Source: Phoronis australis
Lineage: Eukaryota > Animalia > Phoronida
Assembly (NCBI GenBank): GCA_002633005.1
Contig: NMRA01000228.1
Location: 585,897-649,896, forward strand
Length of the DNA stretch: 64,000 nt
Direction: 5' to 3'
Shown here: positions 13,101-25,400 of the stretch, piece after piece
How the letters are laid out: the number at the start of each line of letters is the position of its first letter
Numbering within the stretch: position 1 is the stretch's first letter
Notes under the pieces: generated by a model
What the model saw: only the letters and a program-made list of their open reading frames with translations
Told to the model about the DNA's origin: nothing
Database searches by the model: none
Position numbers and translations under genes: made by a program

Positions 13101-16100
13101 GTATAATCAATTGCATTGCAACTCGCATCTAGTGACTTTATTCTTATACACTCACTGTGTTGCCTGTCAATGGTTAGCTAACACATGACTACTTGTAGTT
13201 GACGCTGCATGTGAAGCCCTGACGGACATGCCACCCAGAGCGGAGGAGGAGCTTGATGCTGTCACTCTTCACAACCAAGCCTTGATGAACATGAACAACA
13301 AACCCACACAGGGATTTGAGAAGCTACAGTTCCTACTGCAGCAGAATCCTTTCCCAATGGAGACATTTGGTAACTTACTCCTGCTTTACATCAAGTATGA
13401 GGTAAGACCGTCATGAGGTGAACAAAGATGTCATTTGTCAGCATCTGTTACAATGTTGTAGTTGAGATGCTTCTGGTATTGAAGGAACACCATCTAAATG
13501 TCAGGGCTTGGAATTATCCTCTTTTTAAAGGATTTCCTTTTTTTGGTTTTGACTTTCTCTTATTTTGATTTCCAGTTTCCTCTTTTTTCATCTCCTTTTT
13601 TATCATTATTTTGACTTTGTTCATGCAAAACACATTTTTTGCAGTTAAATTTTACAACAGTAAAAATGTTTCTATCACACAAGCCTATTCATCTGAAGAA
13701 CGATACATCCCCTGGAAAAAATTCCTCTTTTTGTCATGGGTCATTCCAAGCCCTAATATGTGATTAGTAGTATGGGCACGTGACTGCAATCAGTTATGGC
13801 AGCTGAAATTCGATGAAGTTTATCAACGAGTTTTACATTGTAGCAGTTGTGATGTAGAGGCTGATTATCATGAGATAATCGTTGATAGTGAAACAAGTAT
13901 TACTATGGACTGAGTTTGAATAGTGTCACAGTCACAAAAATACTTTTTAGATTTGAGTTTCGATTGGTTGTTTTTGAGATACTGTAAAATTACTAAATGA
14001 CAAATTGGGCTAATGGTGAGACCCATGTAGTATATACTGAACAGTTTTCATGTTTGACACGCTTGTAGATGTATCTCATAATCCAACATTCAGTGGTTGC
14101 CATTTTGATGAGATGGGCTAGTTTACCCAGAGCATACTCACGAGACATTCGCCTTTCATTCGCATGATTTTGCAAGGTCTTGGGAGATCTTACTTTTCTC
14201 ACAGGAAGCTTGGTCTGTGCAACGCTACCTAATACTTGGGTGGTACCTGTAGCTGTGTTTCATTCAGGTTATAATGTTGCTGACAACATTAACGCTGTTT
14301 TCCAGTGCTGTTGACATCGTCCAAACAATCCGTAGTTAATATTAAGACTGTGGACTGATTTCTTAAGCAGGCCCCAGATTCCTAATCTGCACATCATGTG
14401 TTTCAGTACTATGACCTGGCTGCAGATGTGCTCGCTGAGAATGCCCATCTTACTTTCAAGTATTTGACAACAGTAAGTAAATGAATTACCTTCTGCATAA
14501 ATGACCATGGCAAACGCTTCCGTTTCTGCCTGTTTTCAACCCTACAGACATGCACATTGTCACGCTCTGTTTGCAAGGTCTGTGGTTGGAAATGACTTGA
14601 GTAGTATATGTGAGTGGTGTTCATGCTATGTTCATTTAAATAATTTTCATTACTGACCAGACTCGATGACCTGCTGTTTCTCAATGCCCTGTACTTACAA
14701 TGGTGCGTACTAATCAGTCAATGTTTGGATCTGTTACTTCTGAGTCATAGTGAAGTTTTGTAACCTTTAACCTTTTTAGGAGCCCATGTGTATGTTTCTG
14801 GGTACATATTGTCATCATCTCTGTATTTTTACGTTTACCACTGTATCTCTGGAGTTAGTGACAGATTTTCAGGAAATTTGTCAAATAGTTTTCTATTATA
14901 GGGACAATGACACCTTCCACTTTTTATGGGTTCAATGTATTCTGCACCATGTAGTGGCCATTTTTATGATCCAAATAAACACTTAGAAGCATGCCGTTTG
15001 TGGTGCGGTTATGGGCGCATTTAAACGCTTTGCATTACTCTTGTTCCAGTACTTGTATGACTTTTTGGAAGCTGTGATAACCCGTCAGACGTCTCCAGAG
15101 GAAGCGTACCGTAAACTGGATGAATTGGCGTCCAAGCAGACGGAACAGCTGCGCAAACTGACGAAACAAGTACAGGAAGCACGAATGAACCATAATGATG
15201 ATGGTGTAAAGAAGTCAGTGAATGAGTATGATGAAACTCTCGAGAGGTTAGTGCTAGCTACAATCTACCAATTTTCGACACCTTTTCACCCTAATTTTAA
15301 TCCCATATGAATTCCATAATTTTTTTGTCAGAGACATTTGTGATGTAATCAAATATTTATGTCAGCAAATGGAAAATTGATTAATGATTTAAATTTTACC
15401 AGCGTTAAGGTAGGTGGATACACAAAAAAATTATTTTTGACTGTTTTTTACATTTTTATGTCATCCTAATCTTTAATTCTTGATGTACAGTATACTGAAG
15501 AAAAATGAAATCATTATGAAAATCCAAAGTTGTTTTTTAGCTATATTTGACCAAGCCTCAGTAAGTCATATGGCTTGAGTGCTCACCAGCTAAGTGATTG
15601 ACAACTGGGGCGGAGCTTATATACAAGGACACTAGCTCTAATCTAACCCTGTCAACAAGCATTGCGTAACCGGGCAATCGAGAGTGCTGTACCAGCTGAT
15701 ATTGGTGTTGTAGCAAGACCAAGAATAAAATAATTCTATTTTTGACCATGTGAAAGTTGGTAGTGAAATGGTGAACTAGCTCCTGTTCCGAGCCTGAGCC
15801 TGTTTGTCTATCTGCAAANNNNNNNNNNNNNNNNNNNNNNNNNNNNNNNNNNNNNNNNNNNNNNNNNNNNNNNNNNNNNNNNNNNNNNNNNNNNNNNNNN
15901 NNNNNNNNNNNNNNNNNNNNNNNNNNNNNNNNNNNNNNNNNNNNNNNNNNNNNNNNNNNNNNNNNNNNNNNNNNNNNNNNNNNNNNNNNNNNNNNNNNNN
16001 NNNNNNNNNNNNNNNNNNNNNNNNNNNNNNNNNNNNNNNNNNNNNNNNNNNNNNNNNNNNNNNNNNNNNNNNNNNNNNNNNNNNNNNNNNNNNNNNNNGC

Positions 16101-19100
16101 TATTTGCGCAGAAAGTGATATTTTCTTATCCCAAAGTCCATTCGGTACAGGCACGTAAAAATGTTGAACCATTACTATGAAAGTAGTTCTTTATCCTCGT
16201 CGCCAACATTGTTATGTAGGCAGTAACGCGGCGATTTGATATAACACATATATTGTTTGATGATAATATTGGAATACTAACAAATAGGTCTGTTTAATAT
16301 AGTTAGAGAGTCTTTTACAAACTGAGTGGAGAGTTCAGATGAATCGTATAAACAATCAACACATGGTCGGCACACCAGTACAGCAGACAATAGATCAACG
16401 CTAAGCTCCGCCCACGTGACAGCCATATTTGTTTTGGTCGTCTGTCGTGCTTCACAAGTTCGAAAAAATGATTAAAATTACGCTGTAAATAAACAGGTAT
16501 GTCACATTTTCTAAATATGAAGTAAATATCAGCTGAATTTCTAGTACTTCAACAAAAATTGGAACATAATGACCACGCATTCTGAACGAAATTTGATCTC
16601 AAGTGGCAATCGATGACCACTTAACTTCAAAGCCGTTTTTCTCGGCTCGTGATTTCAGGATAGTGACAAGATTCTCGGGCCTATTTTTCCACAACACGTG
16701 GGTCAATTTTTACGAAAGTTGCAAATTTGAAATCCTCTAGGACTGAAGTAAAATCGCGTGCCAGGGTTTTTCGATAAATGGACCAGATTTTTAGTTATTA
16801 GATGGAAAGTGACCAAACGACAAAAAGTGGCGTGCTTGCCCCAACTCACTCACAAAAAATGCCACAAAATCAAGATCATAATGATTTTGTATATATATTT
16901 GGTGTGGATAAGTAAAATATTGCGTAAGGAAACAGTTGATGATGATCCCTGTGCATTTTGAAAAAAAAATTCGAGGTAAAATTGGATTTTTTGAAAATTA
17001 AAAAATACGATTTTTTAAAAAAACGAACTACAAAAAAAACTTTTTCGATTTTTGTCACTTTCAGAGTCACGTCTAACTGGTTAAAACTCCCTTTTTACTC
17101 ATTTTAGTTAGGAACCTGGAGATTTGATCAGTGTATACACCTACCTTAAAGGACAATTCACTTAACTCACAGAAATGTTGTGTAGCCACAACAATAAGAA
17201 TGTCCCTGGATATAGCTGATTTGCTAATAAGTGAAAATTTATTCATAAGGAAATAATAATTATTTTCAGTCAAATATAATATATTTTCCTACTTCAAATT
17301 CATTTTTCAAAGTAATCGTCCAGACCACGTGCGAGTTTCCCAATGGAACAGGGAAATTGGGACAAAATCACTATGTTGTTGCATAACTTTACATAAAGTA
17401 GTCCTGCACATGGAGAATCAGTATGAAATCTTACAAACCTCAAGTGGATAACCTGCTGTGCAAGCATGACCTCAACAGAAGTTGAACAAAAATTCAGCTT
17501 ATCTCCCATGTATTTGTCAGGTACATCCCTGTTCTCATGCAACAAGCTAAGATATACTGGGACCGAGAGAACTTCTGGCAAGTAGAGAGAATATTCCGCA
17601 AGTCTGTCGAGTTCTGTAACGAGCATGATGCCTGGAAGCTCAATGTAGCTCATGTGCTCTTCATGCAGGAGTCAAAGTTCAAGGAAGCTATTGGATTTTA
17701 CGAACCTATCGTCAAGAAGCATTATGACAATGTAAGCTTTTGATTAACTATTAGTTCTGTACCTTCGGGGTAAAGCATAATATAAATAATACGATTAATC
17801 ATCCCAGCAGTATATTTTGACCAGTGAATTAAACAGTTTTTTCACGCCTATTATGTTCACATAAATAAATGCTTTGATTCATTAATTCATTTTGCAGCAT
17901 GTTTAACCTGTTTGTCATTTATTAGTCTGTTGAAACTTTTATTGCACATAACGTGGGCATACAACTGGTATGGCTATGTGTTGAGACATGGTCATTGTTA
18001 TTGGTTTGATTGTGCACCTCTTGGAAGGGAGAATTTTCGTTCGAAAATAAAGCGTGTGTATGTTGGGAGTAGAATATTTTGATGTGTGAAACACCGTCTC
18101 TGTCGTTTTTTATCTCAATTTGGGACAGCAGATTAAAGCTTGCTCAACATGACTTATCAAAGCTTGCTCAATATGACTTATCAAGAAAGTAGAGGAAAAT
18201 GCAAAATGCATGTGAAAGAGATGACATAATGGATGTTAATCACTTATAGCCATTTACAGAATTTAATAAAAGTCTTAACTCAGTGTGGCTATTTCAAAAA
18301 TGTTGAAATCTCTCAAGCAGTGATCATATATATGTACGGAATAAGAAAGTATTTATTAAATTGAACTTGTGTGCATTCTGCAAAACAAGTCACTTGCAAG
18401 ACCATGCTAAATCACACTAAATAACGCGAGTGAAAGGCAAGTGTTTTGCTACGAAGCTCAAGACCTTGCTAGCACTGACCAACAAAATGGCCACTGGTGA
18501 AAGGATTGGTTGGCGAGGCTAGAGTATTGAATTCACAGCTTATGTTTCTTAAACAAAGATTTTTCACCGTAAGTGTCTCGTGAATGTCTTGCATTTCACA
18601 AACACACCCATGATTGCGTTGTCAGGTTTGCATATCTGTACCTTGTCTCTTTAAATTGCAGATCCTGAGCGTCAGCGCCATTGTATTGGCTAATTTGTGT
18701 GTGTCCTACATTATGACAAGTCAGAATGAAGAGGTGGGTTTGTTGGTGTTGACATCACCATTACTAGGCTCACATGAGCGGAGAAATTGCTAGTGCTTCA
18801 GCCAGACAGATAAGCTGTTCACGAAGAGATAATTTCTGCAAGTAGTTAATACTTTGTTTCTTCACCACCCAAGTTGTTTTTAAGTGAAAATTGATGTTGA
18901 AACGTGTTCACTTTCTGCCATAAATTAATTGATGTGATGATAGAACAAAGGCCTTTAAACCCTGCGCATGTGTGTTCTTTGAAATAAGTGGTCTGGCTAC
19001 TAAAGCGCTAGCGAATAAACCAAAGGTTTTGGGGTAACTCAAATCTCTAGCGAAGCACCAGCAAAAGTGATCCATGTGACCGTTCACATTACTGGCATTT

Positions 19101-22100
19101 TTGCAGCTAGCAAAAGTGCTAGTGAAAACGCTGGTGTTTTAGCCAGCATGTGAACTGAGCATGCTCATTCTGAATAATGGATCCACTTCACTGTAGTGGC
19201 TGCCATGACACCACGACAATACAAGTTTGGAAATATAGACCTTGAGTGCTGGAAGCTGCTGGTCTTAGTGTTTGGCGCCATCTAGAGATCATTCTGCATC
19301 CAACCTCATGTACATGAACCTCAGTGTTAAAATGGTAACCTGTTACATACATTACTTGCTTTGTTGCAAAGAGCAACGAATTAGTGAATATTAAAATACC
19401 TTACACAAACACTGCAAGTGTGGCTAGTCAAATTGCCACTGTAGACTGGAGCGAACAGACGTTAGAGGCAGTTTGCTCAGCACATAATTGCTTGCTGTAC
19501 GTAAGAAACACGAGATGTTTGGCGTGCTTGGTAGTAACTGAAATTAAAATATTCCAAGTATTTGTTGGCACTTCCTTTACAAGATCATACTCTTTGTTGC
19601 CATTCTGAGCAGCTATGCTTAAGTTACCACTTAAAGTTAACCATTTGTATGCAATCAAAAGGGAAGTTTCCTGTTGGGTAGACAGGCCTTCTCATAGACC
19701 AAGAGGGCATTCTCAGTAAATTGTGCTTTCATCATAAGTACACTTCTTGTCTGACAAGCTGCTCTTCTTGTCTCATGAACTGCAATAGCAGCTGTCCATA
19801 TCTTGTGTGGTGCATAACCATGCTCACAAATACAATTCTATTCTCATAACTACACATGTTACCAGTTGTAGTGTAGTGATAGATTTGATGCAGCGTACTA
19901 AGCACGTACTGCATAATTTCAAGCTCGTAAAACTTGACTCTCCTGTCAGACTAGTTAAGAAATATATTTCAGAAGAATAGAATTATTTGCAGTTTACGAG
20001 AAAAGAACTGCAATTATGAAAAATGTGTTTTTATGCTTTCTGGTCAAGGAAAAATTACTTTCCAAGGAAATGGGTGTGACGTTTTCAATCAGTGGGTTTT
20101 CTTCAGTGTGCTTTCTTGTAAGTAAACTTAGTTGCTCAAGACAAGAACTGTGTCAATGGAAAAGGTCTGCTGCCTATGAGAACGGTCGTGTGGACAGTAA
20201 AGAATGAGCAAGATTGTCTCTCCTTATGGTCTGGTCCATTTTGTTCACTGAATACTTCTCTCAGTACTGGCNNNNNNNNNNNNNNNNNNNNNNNNNNNNN
20301 NNNNNNNNNNNNNNNNNNNNNNNNNNNNNNNNNNNNNNNNNNNNNNNNNNNNNNNNNNNNNNNNNNNNNNNNNNNNNNNNNNNNNNNNNNNNNNNNNNNN
20401 NNNNNNNNNNNNNNNNNNNNNNNNNNNNNNNNNNNNNNNNNNNNNNNNNNNNNNNNNNNNNNNNNNNNNNNNNNNNNNNNNNNNNNNNNNNNNNNNNNNN
20501 NNNNNNNNNNNNNNNNNNNNNNNNNNNNNNNNNNNNNNNNNNNNNNNNNNNNNNNNNNNNNNNNNNNNNNNNNNNNNNNNNNNNNNNNNNNNNNNNNNNN
20601 NNNNNNNNNNNNNNNNNNNNNNNNNNNNNNNNNNNNNNNNNNNNNNNNNNNNNNNNNNNNNNNNNNNNNNNNNNNNNNNNNNNNNNNNNNNNNNNNNNGA
20701 AGTGTCATCATAAAAATTGCCAGACTTGTTCCTGCCAAGAAGACTCCAACGTCTAATCTAACTACTGTGTGGTGCATCCTACTGGTAGTTCATTATTTGC
20801 TCCTTTATCTGTATCTTCTTAAAACCCTTGCAGGATCTTTGTGAAGTTTGGCAAGTAGTGAAGACAACTTTCATACAGACCCAACTGCCGTTGTGCCCTC
20901 TAGTGGCAATTTTATTTTTTTTTCAATTTTATCACAGTCTGTATCTTTAGAGTTCCTGGACAGATTCTCATGAAATTTTGTAAGTAGGTTTCGATTAAAG
21001 AGACGATGACATACTTCCGTTAGCAGTTGAATTTGTTGTATTCTGCACAACCTTATGGCCATTTTCATCACACTAATTGACTCTCTTAGAAGCATACCAT
21101 TTGAAGTGAAGTCATAGGTGCGTTTTAATGCTTTGCGTTGCTCTTTGTTTTCTTAATTTCCTGCCACTTATTCTTGAGTCTCTCGCATACATCTTTTCTT
21201 GTTTTCATCCATTTCCTAATGTTAGTAAATGATCATAAACCAACCGTGTATTAAACATAGTCCATTACGCCACCATTCTTTATCTTTCAGTACCTTGTAC
21301 TGTGCTAAAGGCAACTACGAGTTTGGCATATCTCGTGTGATCAAGAGCTTGGAGCCGTACCAGAAGAAACTTGGGACGGACACTTGGTTCTATGCCAAGA
21401 GGTGTTTCCTGTCACTGATTGAGAACATGGCCAAGCACATGATCATGTTGAGAGACAGCGTGGCTATGGAAGCTATCCAGTTCTTAGAGCATTGTGAGAG
21501 TAAGTACTCATCTATTGTCTCTCTATGCATATTGAAGTTGAGATAGAAGGCTACCTTCATTACCAAGGATGGAATTTATTAAATTACGTTTTAAGTATTA
21601 CAATTAAACCCTTTAAACTACACATTTTTAAAATCCTTAATGACCTCAGAATTGTATAATGTGTGCAAAAGCAATGTCCAGATGTTTGTAATCACTTGAT
21701 TATTTTTTTTCAAAAATTGTACAGAAGTCGCCGTATATTCCACGGTCATGTTTTTCTTCCCACTAAACCTGCAAATTATGTTTCTATTGTATTTTATTAC
21801 CTACGAATGCCAGTCTGTGATTTTCCTTTAAGGGGTTTTAGCCTGGGAATTCTGCAGTCAAAAATGAAGACGTTCTCATTTCGTGAAAGAACTCAAATAT
21901 GCGCTTTCATCACAATATGGTGGCACCTCTATGAGGCTTACCTGAAATTAACTCTGAGCCAATTTATTTCATTTTGATTTGGACAATTGCTCACATTCAA
22001 AGTTGCACTGATTGTGTAGTTTTATCAAGAGCTTTAAGGTAATGAACTACCATGGTTACCAAGAGTCAATTTTGTTAAAGAACTTAAGTTATAATAATAA

Positions 22101-22461
22101 CAGACCCATAAAACTATATATTCTTTTAAAAACCTTTGAAGATCATAGAATCTTATGTGTGTGAAAGCAATGCCTAATGTTCATAATCACATGATTTTTT
22201 TCTCAAAAATCTTGATTTTTCATGGAGGTCACTTTTCATGAAACGGACCCCAGGTGTTTTCGTTGGAGGTTTTTTAAGTGAAACTTTGTTTTTGGTTTTA
22301 CTTTTGATTAATGGTCAAATTTTTCTGAATTTCCAGTGTATGGCCGGGATGTCAAGACAGTTGTGGAGCAACCATTGGAGGAAGAAACTTTGCACCCTGG
22401 GAAAAATACTGTCACTTATGAAGCCCGCTTTTTGAAAAACTTGTTGCTTCAGCTAATATAA
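4054..22461 (+). CDS. TTC30: Tetratricopeptide repeat protein 30 / IFT70 (fleer), IFT-B subunit; spliced gene
   Basis: Hand-spliced exons 4054-4107, 8216-8281, 9019-9228, 10621-10746, 11637-11808, 12385-12513, 13199-13401, 14407-14472, 15050-15246, 17521-17731, 18662-18733, [missing exon], 21291-21499, 22337-22461. All are GT-AG and phase-consistent. Peptides SRAALSLLGYCYY, ALIEAFNLKAAIEY, MPPRAEEELDAVTLHNQAL, WKLNVAHVLFMQE, TLYCAKGNYEFGISRVIKSLEPY and GKNTVTYEAR are characteristic of TTC30/IFT70. Confidence 0.95.
4430..5312. mobile_element. Non-autonomous foldback-like element with ~250-bp inverted arms
   Basis: 4430-4682 is the imperfect reverse complement of ~5063-5312; ends ccagaggcgatgcagctcctatagg / cctataggagctgcatcgcctctgg. 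Confidence 0.85.
5320..6555 (-). mobile_element. Degenerate CR1/L2-clade LINE RT fragment, interrupted by a MITE
   Basis: Minus-strand peptides WIKSFLNGRQQAVVV, GVPQGSVIGPCLFLLYIND, IRLFADDT, MIFHPDKC, KYLGITISHDLKW, ANKTLGFLRRN, FFPRT; frameshifts and stops present. Confidence 0.9.
6076..6335. mobile_element. MITE, TIR CATGCGCGCACCCAG, 5-bp TSD TGATT, nested in the LINE
   Basis: tgatt|catgcgcgcacccag ... ctgggtgcgcgcatg|tgatt. Confidence 0.9.
6560..6920. mobile_element. Old MITE with ~45-bp imperfect TIRs
   Basis: tgcagagcgcaggcatccttagctgtctgatcgtcc matches the reverse complement of ggacgaacagaagcttaggacgcctgtgttgca. Confidence 0.55.
6925..7450. mobile_element. Palindromic element of the same family as 4430-5312, with a short centre
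   Basis: Arms share ttaattccttccaactc.aa.aaatac and cagttcc.aaaatcg with 4430-5312; centre atgacgtcat at ~7203. Confidence 0.75.
8216..8281 (+). CDS. TTC30: TTC30 exon 2 (IKDQKYGEAVQILNNELQKYPS)
   Basis: ctttttgtcag acceptor, gtaagt donor, 66 nt. Confidence 0.9.
8339..8558. repeat. 28-bp minisatellite, ~8 copies (tgttgtattgaggttaggtgagacctca)
   Basis: Head-to-tail near-identical units with no spacers. Confidence 0.93.
9019..9228 (+). CDS. TTC30: TTC30 exon 3
   Basis: tttcag acceptor; SRAALSLLGYCYYQSQDF...YSTK; gtactt donor. Confidence 0.93.
10621..10746 (+). CDS. TTC30: TTC30 exon 4
   Basis: ITKLQAAIKYEEEDL...VNLGCLLFK; aag acceptor, gtgata donor. Confidence 0.9.
11637..11808 (+). CDS. 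TTC30: TTC30 exon 5
   Basis: EKRYEEACQKF...LSYNIALCNY...ALKHIADIIEKGIKEHP; cag/gttagt. Confidence 0.93.
12385..12513 (+). CDS. TTC30: TTC30 exon 6
   Basis: ELSVGMTTEGIDVRSVGNT...AFNLKAAIEYQLKN; tag/gtaagt. Confidence 0.93.
13199..13401 (+). CDS. TTC30: TTC30 exon 7
   Basis: DAACEALTDMPPRAEEELD...ETFGNLLLLYIKYE; tag/gtaaga. Confidence 0.93.
13502..13755. mobile_element. MITE, TIR CAGGGCTTGGAAT, degenerate 6-bp TSD (aaatgt/atatgt)
   Basis: Same termini as the 32773 and 37227 elements but a different interior. Confidence 0.7.
14407..14472 (+). CDS. TTC30: TTC30 exon 8
   Basis: YYDLAADVLAENAHLTFKYLTT; cag/gtaagt. Confidence 0.92.
14772..15045 (+). mobile_element. Helentron/HINE-like interspersed repeat (related copies at ~1-330, ~20700-21150, ~35000-35600)
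   Basis: Shared blocks (tgtatct..., gaaatttg(g)ca, tagtggccatttt). The 3' end agaagcat.cc.tttg...gcg..tt(t)aa.gctttgc.tt.ctctt(t)gtt is shared with 21088-21150. Family assignment is inference. Confidence 0.55.
15050..15246 (+). CDS. TTC30: TTC30 exon 9
   Basis: YLYDFLEAVITRQTSPEEAYRK...YDETLER; cag/gttagt. Confidence 0.93.
15409..17145. mobile_element. Kolobok-like non-autonomous DNA transposon, TTAA TSD
   Basis: ttaa|ggtaggtggatacac ... gtgtatacacctacc|ttaa (14/15 TIR match, 5'-RR termini); spans an N gap. Confidence 0.8.
17521..17731 (+). CDS. TTC30: TTC30 exon 10
   Basis: YIPVLMQQAKIYW...YEPIVKKHYDN; cag/gtaagc. Confidence 0.93.
18662..18733 (+). CDS. TTC30: TTC30 exon 11
   Basis: ILSVSAIVLANLCVSYIMTSQNEE; cag/gtgggt. 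Confidence 0.92.
21291..21499 (+). CDS. TTC30: TTC30 penultimate exon
   Basis: TLYCAKGNYEFGISRVIKSLEPYQKKLGTDTWFYAKRCFLSL...; cag/gtaagt. Confidence 0.93.
22337..22461 (+). CDS. TTC30: TTC30 last coding exon
   Basis: YGRDVKTVVEQPLEEETLHPGKNTVTYEARFLKNLLLQLI* (TAA 22459-22461); AATAAA at 22614. Confidence 0.92.
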
Positions 22462-25400
22462 TTGTGAAGTTTGTATTAACTTTGTGTCAGTTTGTATTAA
22501 CTTTGTGTCAGTTTGGGTGTGCTAAAAGGCTCTACATGTATCTCTCAGAACTGGTTGTATTAAGTCCTATAATTTCACTGATGCGCTTCATTCGTATATT
22601 TATGTGCATATGAAATAAAGCTTTGTCGTGCATATTGTCCTTACTCATTTCTAGAACGTTCATATTGAATGACGTTTTAAACATTTCAGTTGAAATATAG
22701 GAAGGGGAGTCGGAAGGAATGGTGACTGGGAGGGAGGTTGGAGATGCGTAAATTTCAATGATTCGGTATGCCTTACGGGGAATTCATCAAATACCTTGAG
22801 TCACACGATCAACAGCAAGATAAACGGTGGCCACTTAAAAGTACGATAAAATGAGCATATGTGGCAGGTATATACTGAAAACTGTTTGGCAGTAACAAAA
22901 TTTCGAAAGAAACGTGTTGTGTTAGCTGTTCATCTTGTTCAAGCTGGATCGACTCCTATAACTGTCTGGTGCTTGCCTAAAATCTTGCTAAAACTACATG
23001 CTCCCATTGAAAATACGCGGTGAAATCTGACGAGACCTTGCTTTTCTAGCGAGGCACTAGCGTTACTGAACTCTACACTGTCCTATGGTAGAAAGTTAAA
23101 GTTAAATAATTCAAGTAAGCTATTAACACAGAAAGGCCGAGATGGGACGTTACCAGTCTTTTGGTTTGGTATGAAATGGAGCAGCCGCCGAAACACAACC
23201 GGGATTTCCTTCCAATAGTGTTAACTACAAGATCAGTTGTTTGTCTTACTAACGTCAAGGATTTAGTGAGAACTTGAGTTTATTCGAATGTGAACGGTAC
23301 CTATATAGCACAATGAACAGATGCAGTAAATGATGCACGCGCGGGCTAGCGGAGCGTGCCCTGCGACTTCACGACAAAATGATCAATAAAGAGAAGCGTG
23401 TCGACTAACGGTTGATTTTTCTCCCAGGCCGAGGACAAGTGTATTTTTANACCAACCTTATTTTAGCTCAAAATGACATGAAAAAAGGTTGCCTTCGCCT
23501 TTAACTCTGTGTTTTAATTTTTGTTGTGCGGAAATTGAACGTCCGCTTATATCGGCCGCATATGAATTGTCATTGTGTCTAATAGTTCCTGCAAACTAGT
23601 CGGGAGTCATTGTTTGCGGCTAGTGGTTTCCGTAGTCTGCGCGATTCGCTGATGAAGTAGAGACGGTTTAGCAACAGCTGCGAATTTTTTTTTCAGCGAC
23701 AAAATGATCGTCTCCATAATAATCCGGGCCGGCGCGCCAGGATGGCCGGGACCTGGGGGCTTATAGTCCCCCCCCATGATAAATTACGATGTGTTAAGAT
23801 TGACCAAATGGAAATGTTTGAAGTCGGCCGCGATATGTTGCAAATAGTATATACCAGCGTTTCTGTACAGGAGTGATTTCTTTGGATTGTAGTATTACAC
23901 GTGTATCTATTATTGTTTATACTTAATATTGCTGTGGGCCAGACTCTATTGATTGTGACCACTTTTATTTACGCTTATATCTCAGTGTTATCCACCATAT
24001 TTATCTTAGGTTCCATTTTTCCATGTTTCTATTAAATTTAATGCCGTAGTAATGACCTAATGTTAACCTGTTCTTCGTAGTCCTACGACGTTAAATAATG
24101 AAAGATTCTTAATTCTTGGGCTGTCTAATTGCGCCTATCCTGTTCAGTATTTTCGTAATGTAGGATAAAACATGTTGGTGATCAGAATGAGCTTTTTCTG
24201 TGTTTCAGAAAGACAAAGATTCATTTTATTTGGTTTTAATTATCAGGTCAGTAAAGAAACAGGATCATTAGACGTTTTTAAAATTCTACGCTTCTTAAGG
24301 CCGAACTATGTTTGCGACGGAGAATAATGCTAGCGTCACAATAGATGTCGCAAGCGAGTGACGCTTTTGGAATTATTTCTCCTGTTCGTTTCAACTCTTC
24401 AACGTTAAAGGTTGTTTTCAGTCGTTGTGACGTCACTTGCGTGCTTAGGTTGTGGAACGGATTAGAGATGGCTTATGTGTTTCGTTTTGGCTTAAAAAAG
24501 GTATGATTATTACTGTGTACCTTTTAGTTTTAGATGTTACTGCGAAGTATTTAACTCCCATTGATAACAGGTAAAAGGTTTTGTAACTTAAATTGTGATT
24601 TAGGTCTCCGTTTGCTTTGGATACACCAGCAAGTCCAGGGGTCATTTCTTCCCCATTCTGTATTGTAACCAACGCCGCAACAACTGATTCATTTAAATCT
24701 CAAGACTGCCTGCTGGAAACATCTACTGAACACTTCCCCCATTAGCGTGATAGTATCAACCCTTGCTGATTAGAAGACAATACCAGCAGTTCACGCTCAC
24801 TTTCTGATCTGGACCACATTAGCTTGTGTCAATCTTTTTGGCATTTTTATTATAGTAGGGAGGACGTTTTTTATTTTTTTTTTCAATGCCAATGTGTCAT
24901 ACATTTTTGAAAAGCCCTTGGTGTGAGAAATGAAATGGTACAAAAATCATAAAAATTGGGTGAGCGGTTGCCGAGAAAATGGTCGTTGAAACGCAATGAT
25001 TATGCGTAAAATATCTGCCTTTCTACATGATTTTGTAAAAAATAAAAGATATACATGTGCTGCTTAGCAAAAGATTCACCTCATTGAGACGAACATAGTG
25101 GTATGTGTTATATGTAATTTGGATCGTTTTCTACAGAGATATTGCTGTTTAAGTGTGTTGTTAACATATGGAACAGTAGGCAATTACATCACTCTGGATG
25201 CGGCAGGCATACAGGGACGATAGTAAATCCCCACAAAATGTTACTCATTTCAAAATACAGGAAATAAAATCAAATAAAACATGCATATATGGACATGGAG
25301 TTATAGGCAACTCATACCATAAGTCTGAAAACGATTCAGTCAAGATAATTAGAACAAATCGATGAAAATCTGTCGCAGTTTGCTCGAGTTTCTCTTACTG

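Noticed and set aside
19732-19914. MRQEEQL peptide resembling the missing TTC30 exon
   Set aside because: Wrong strand and no flanking similarity
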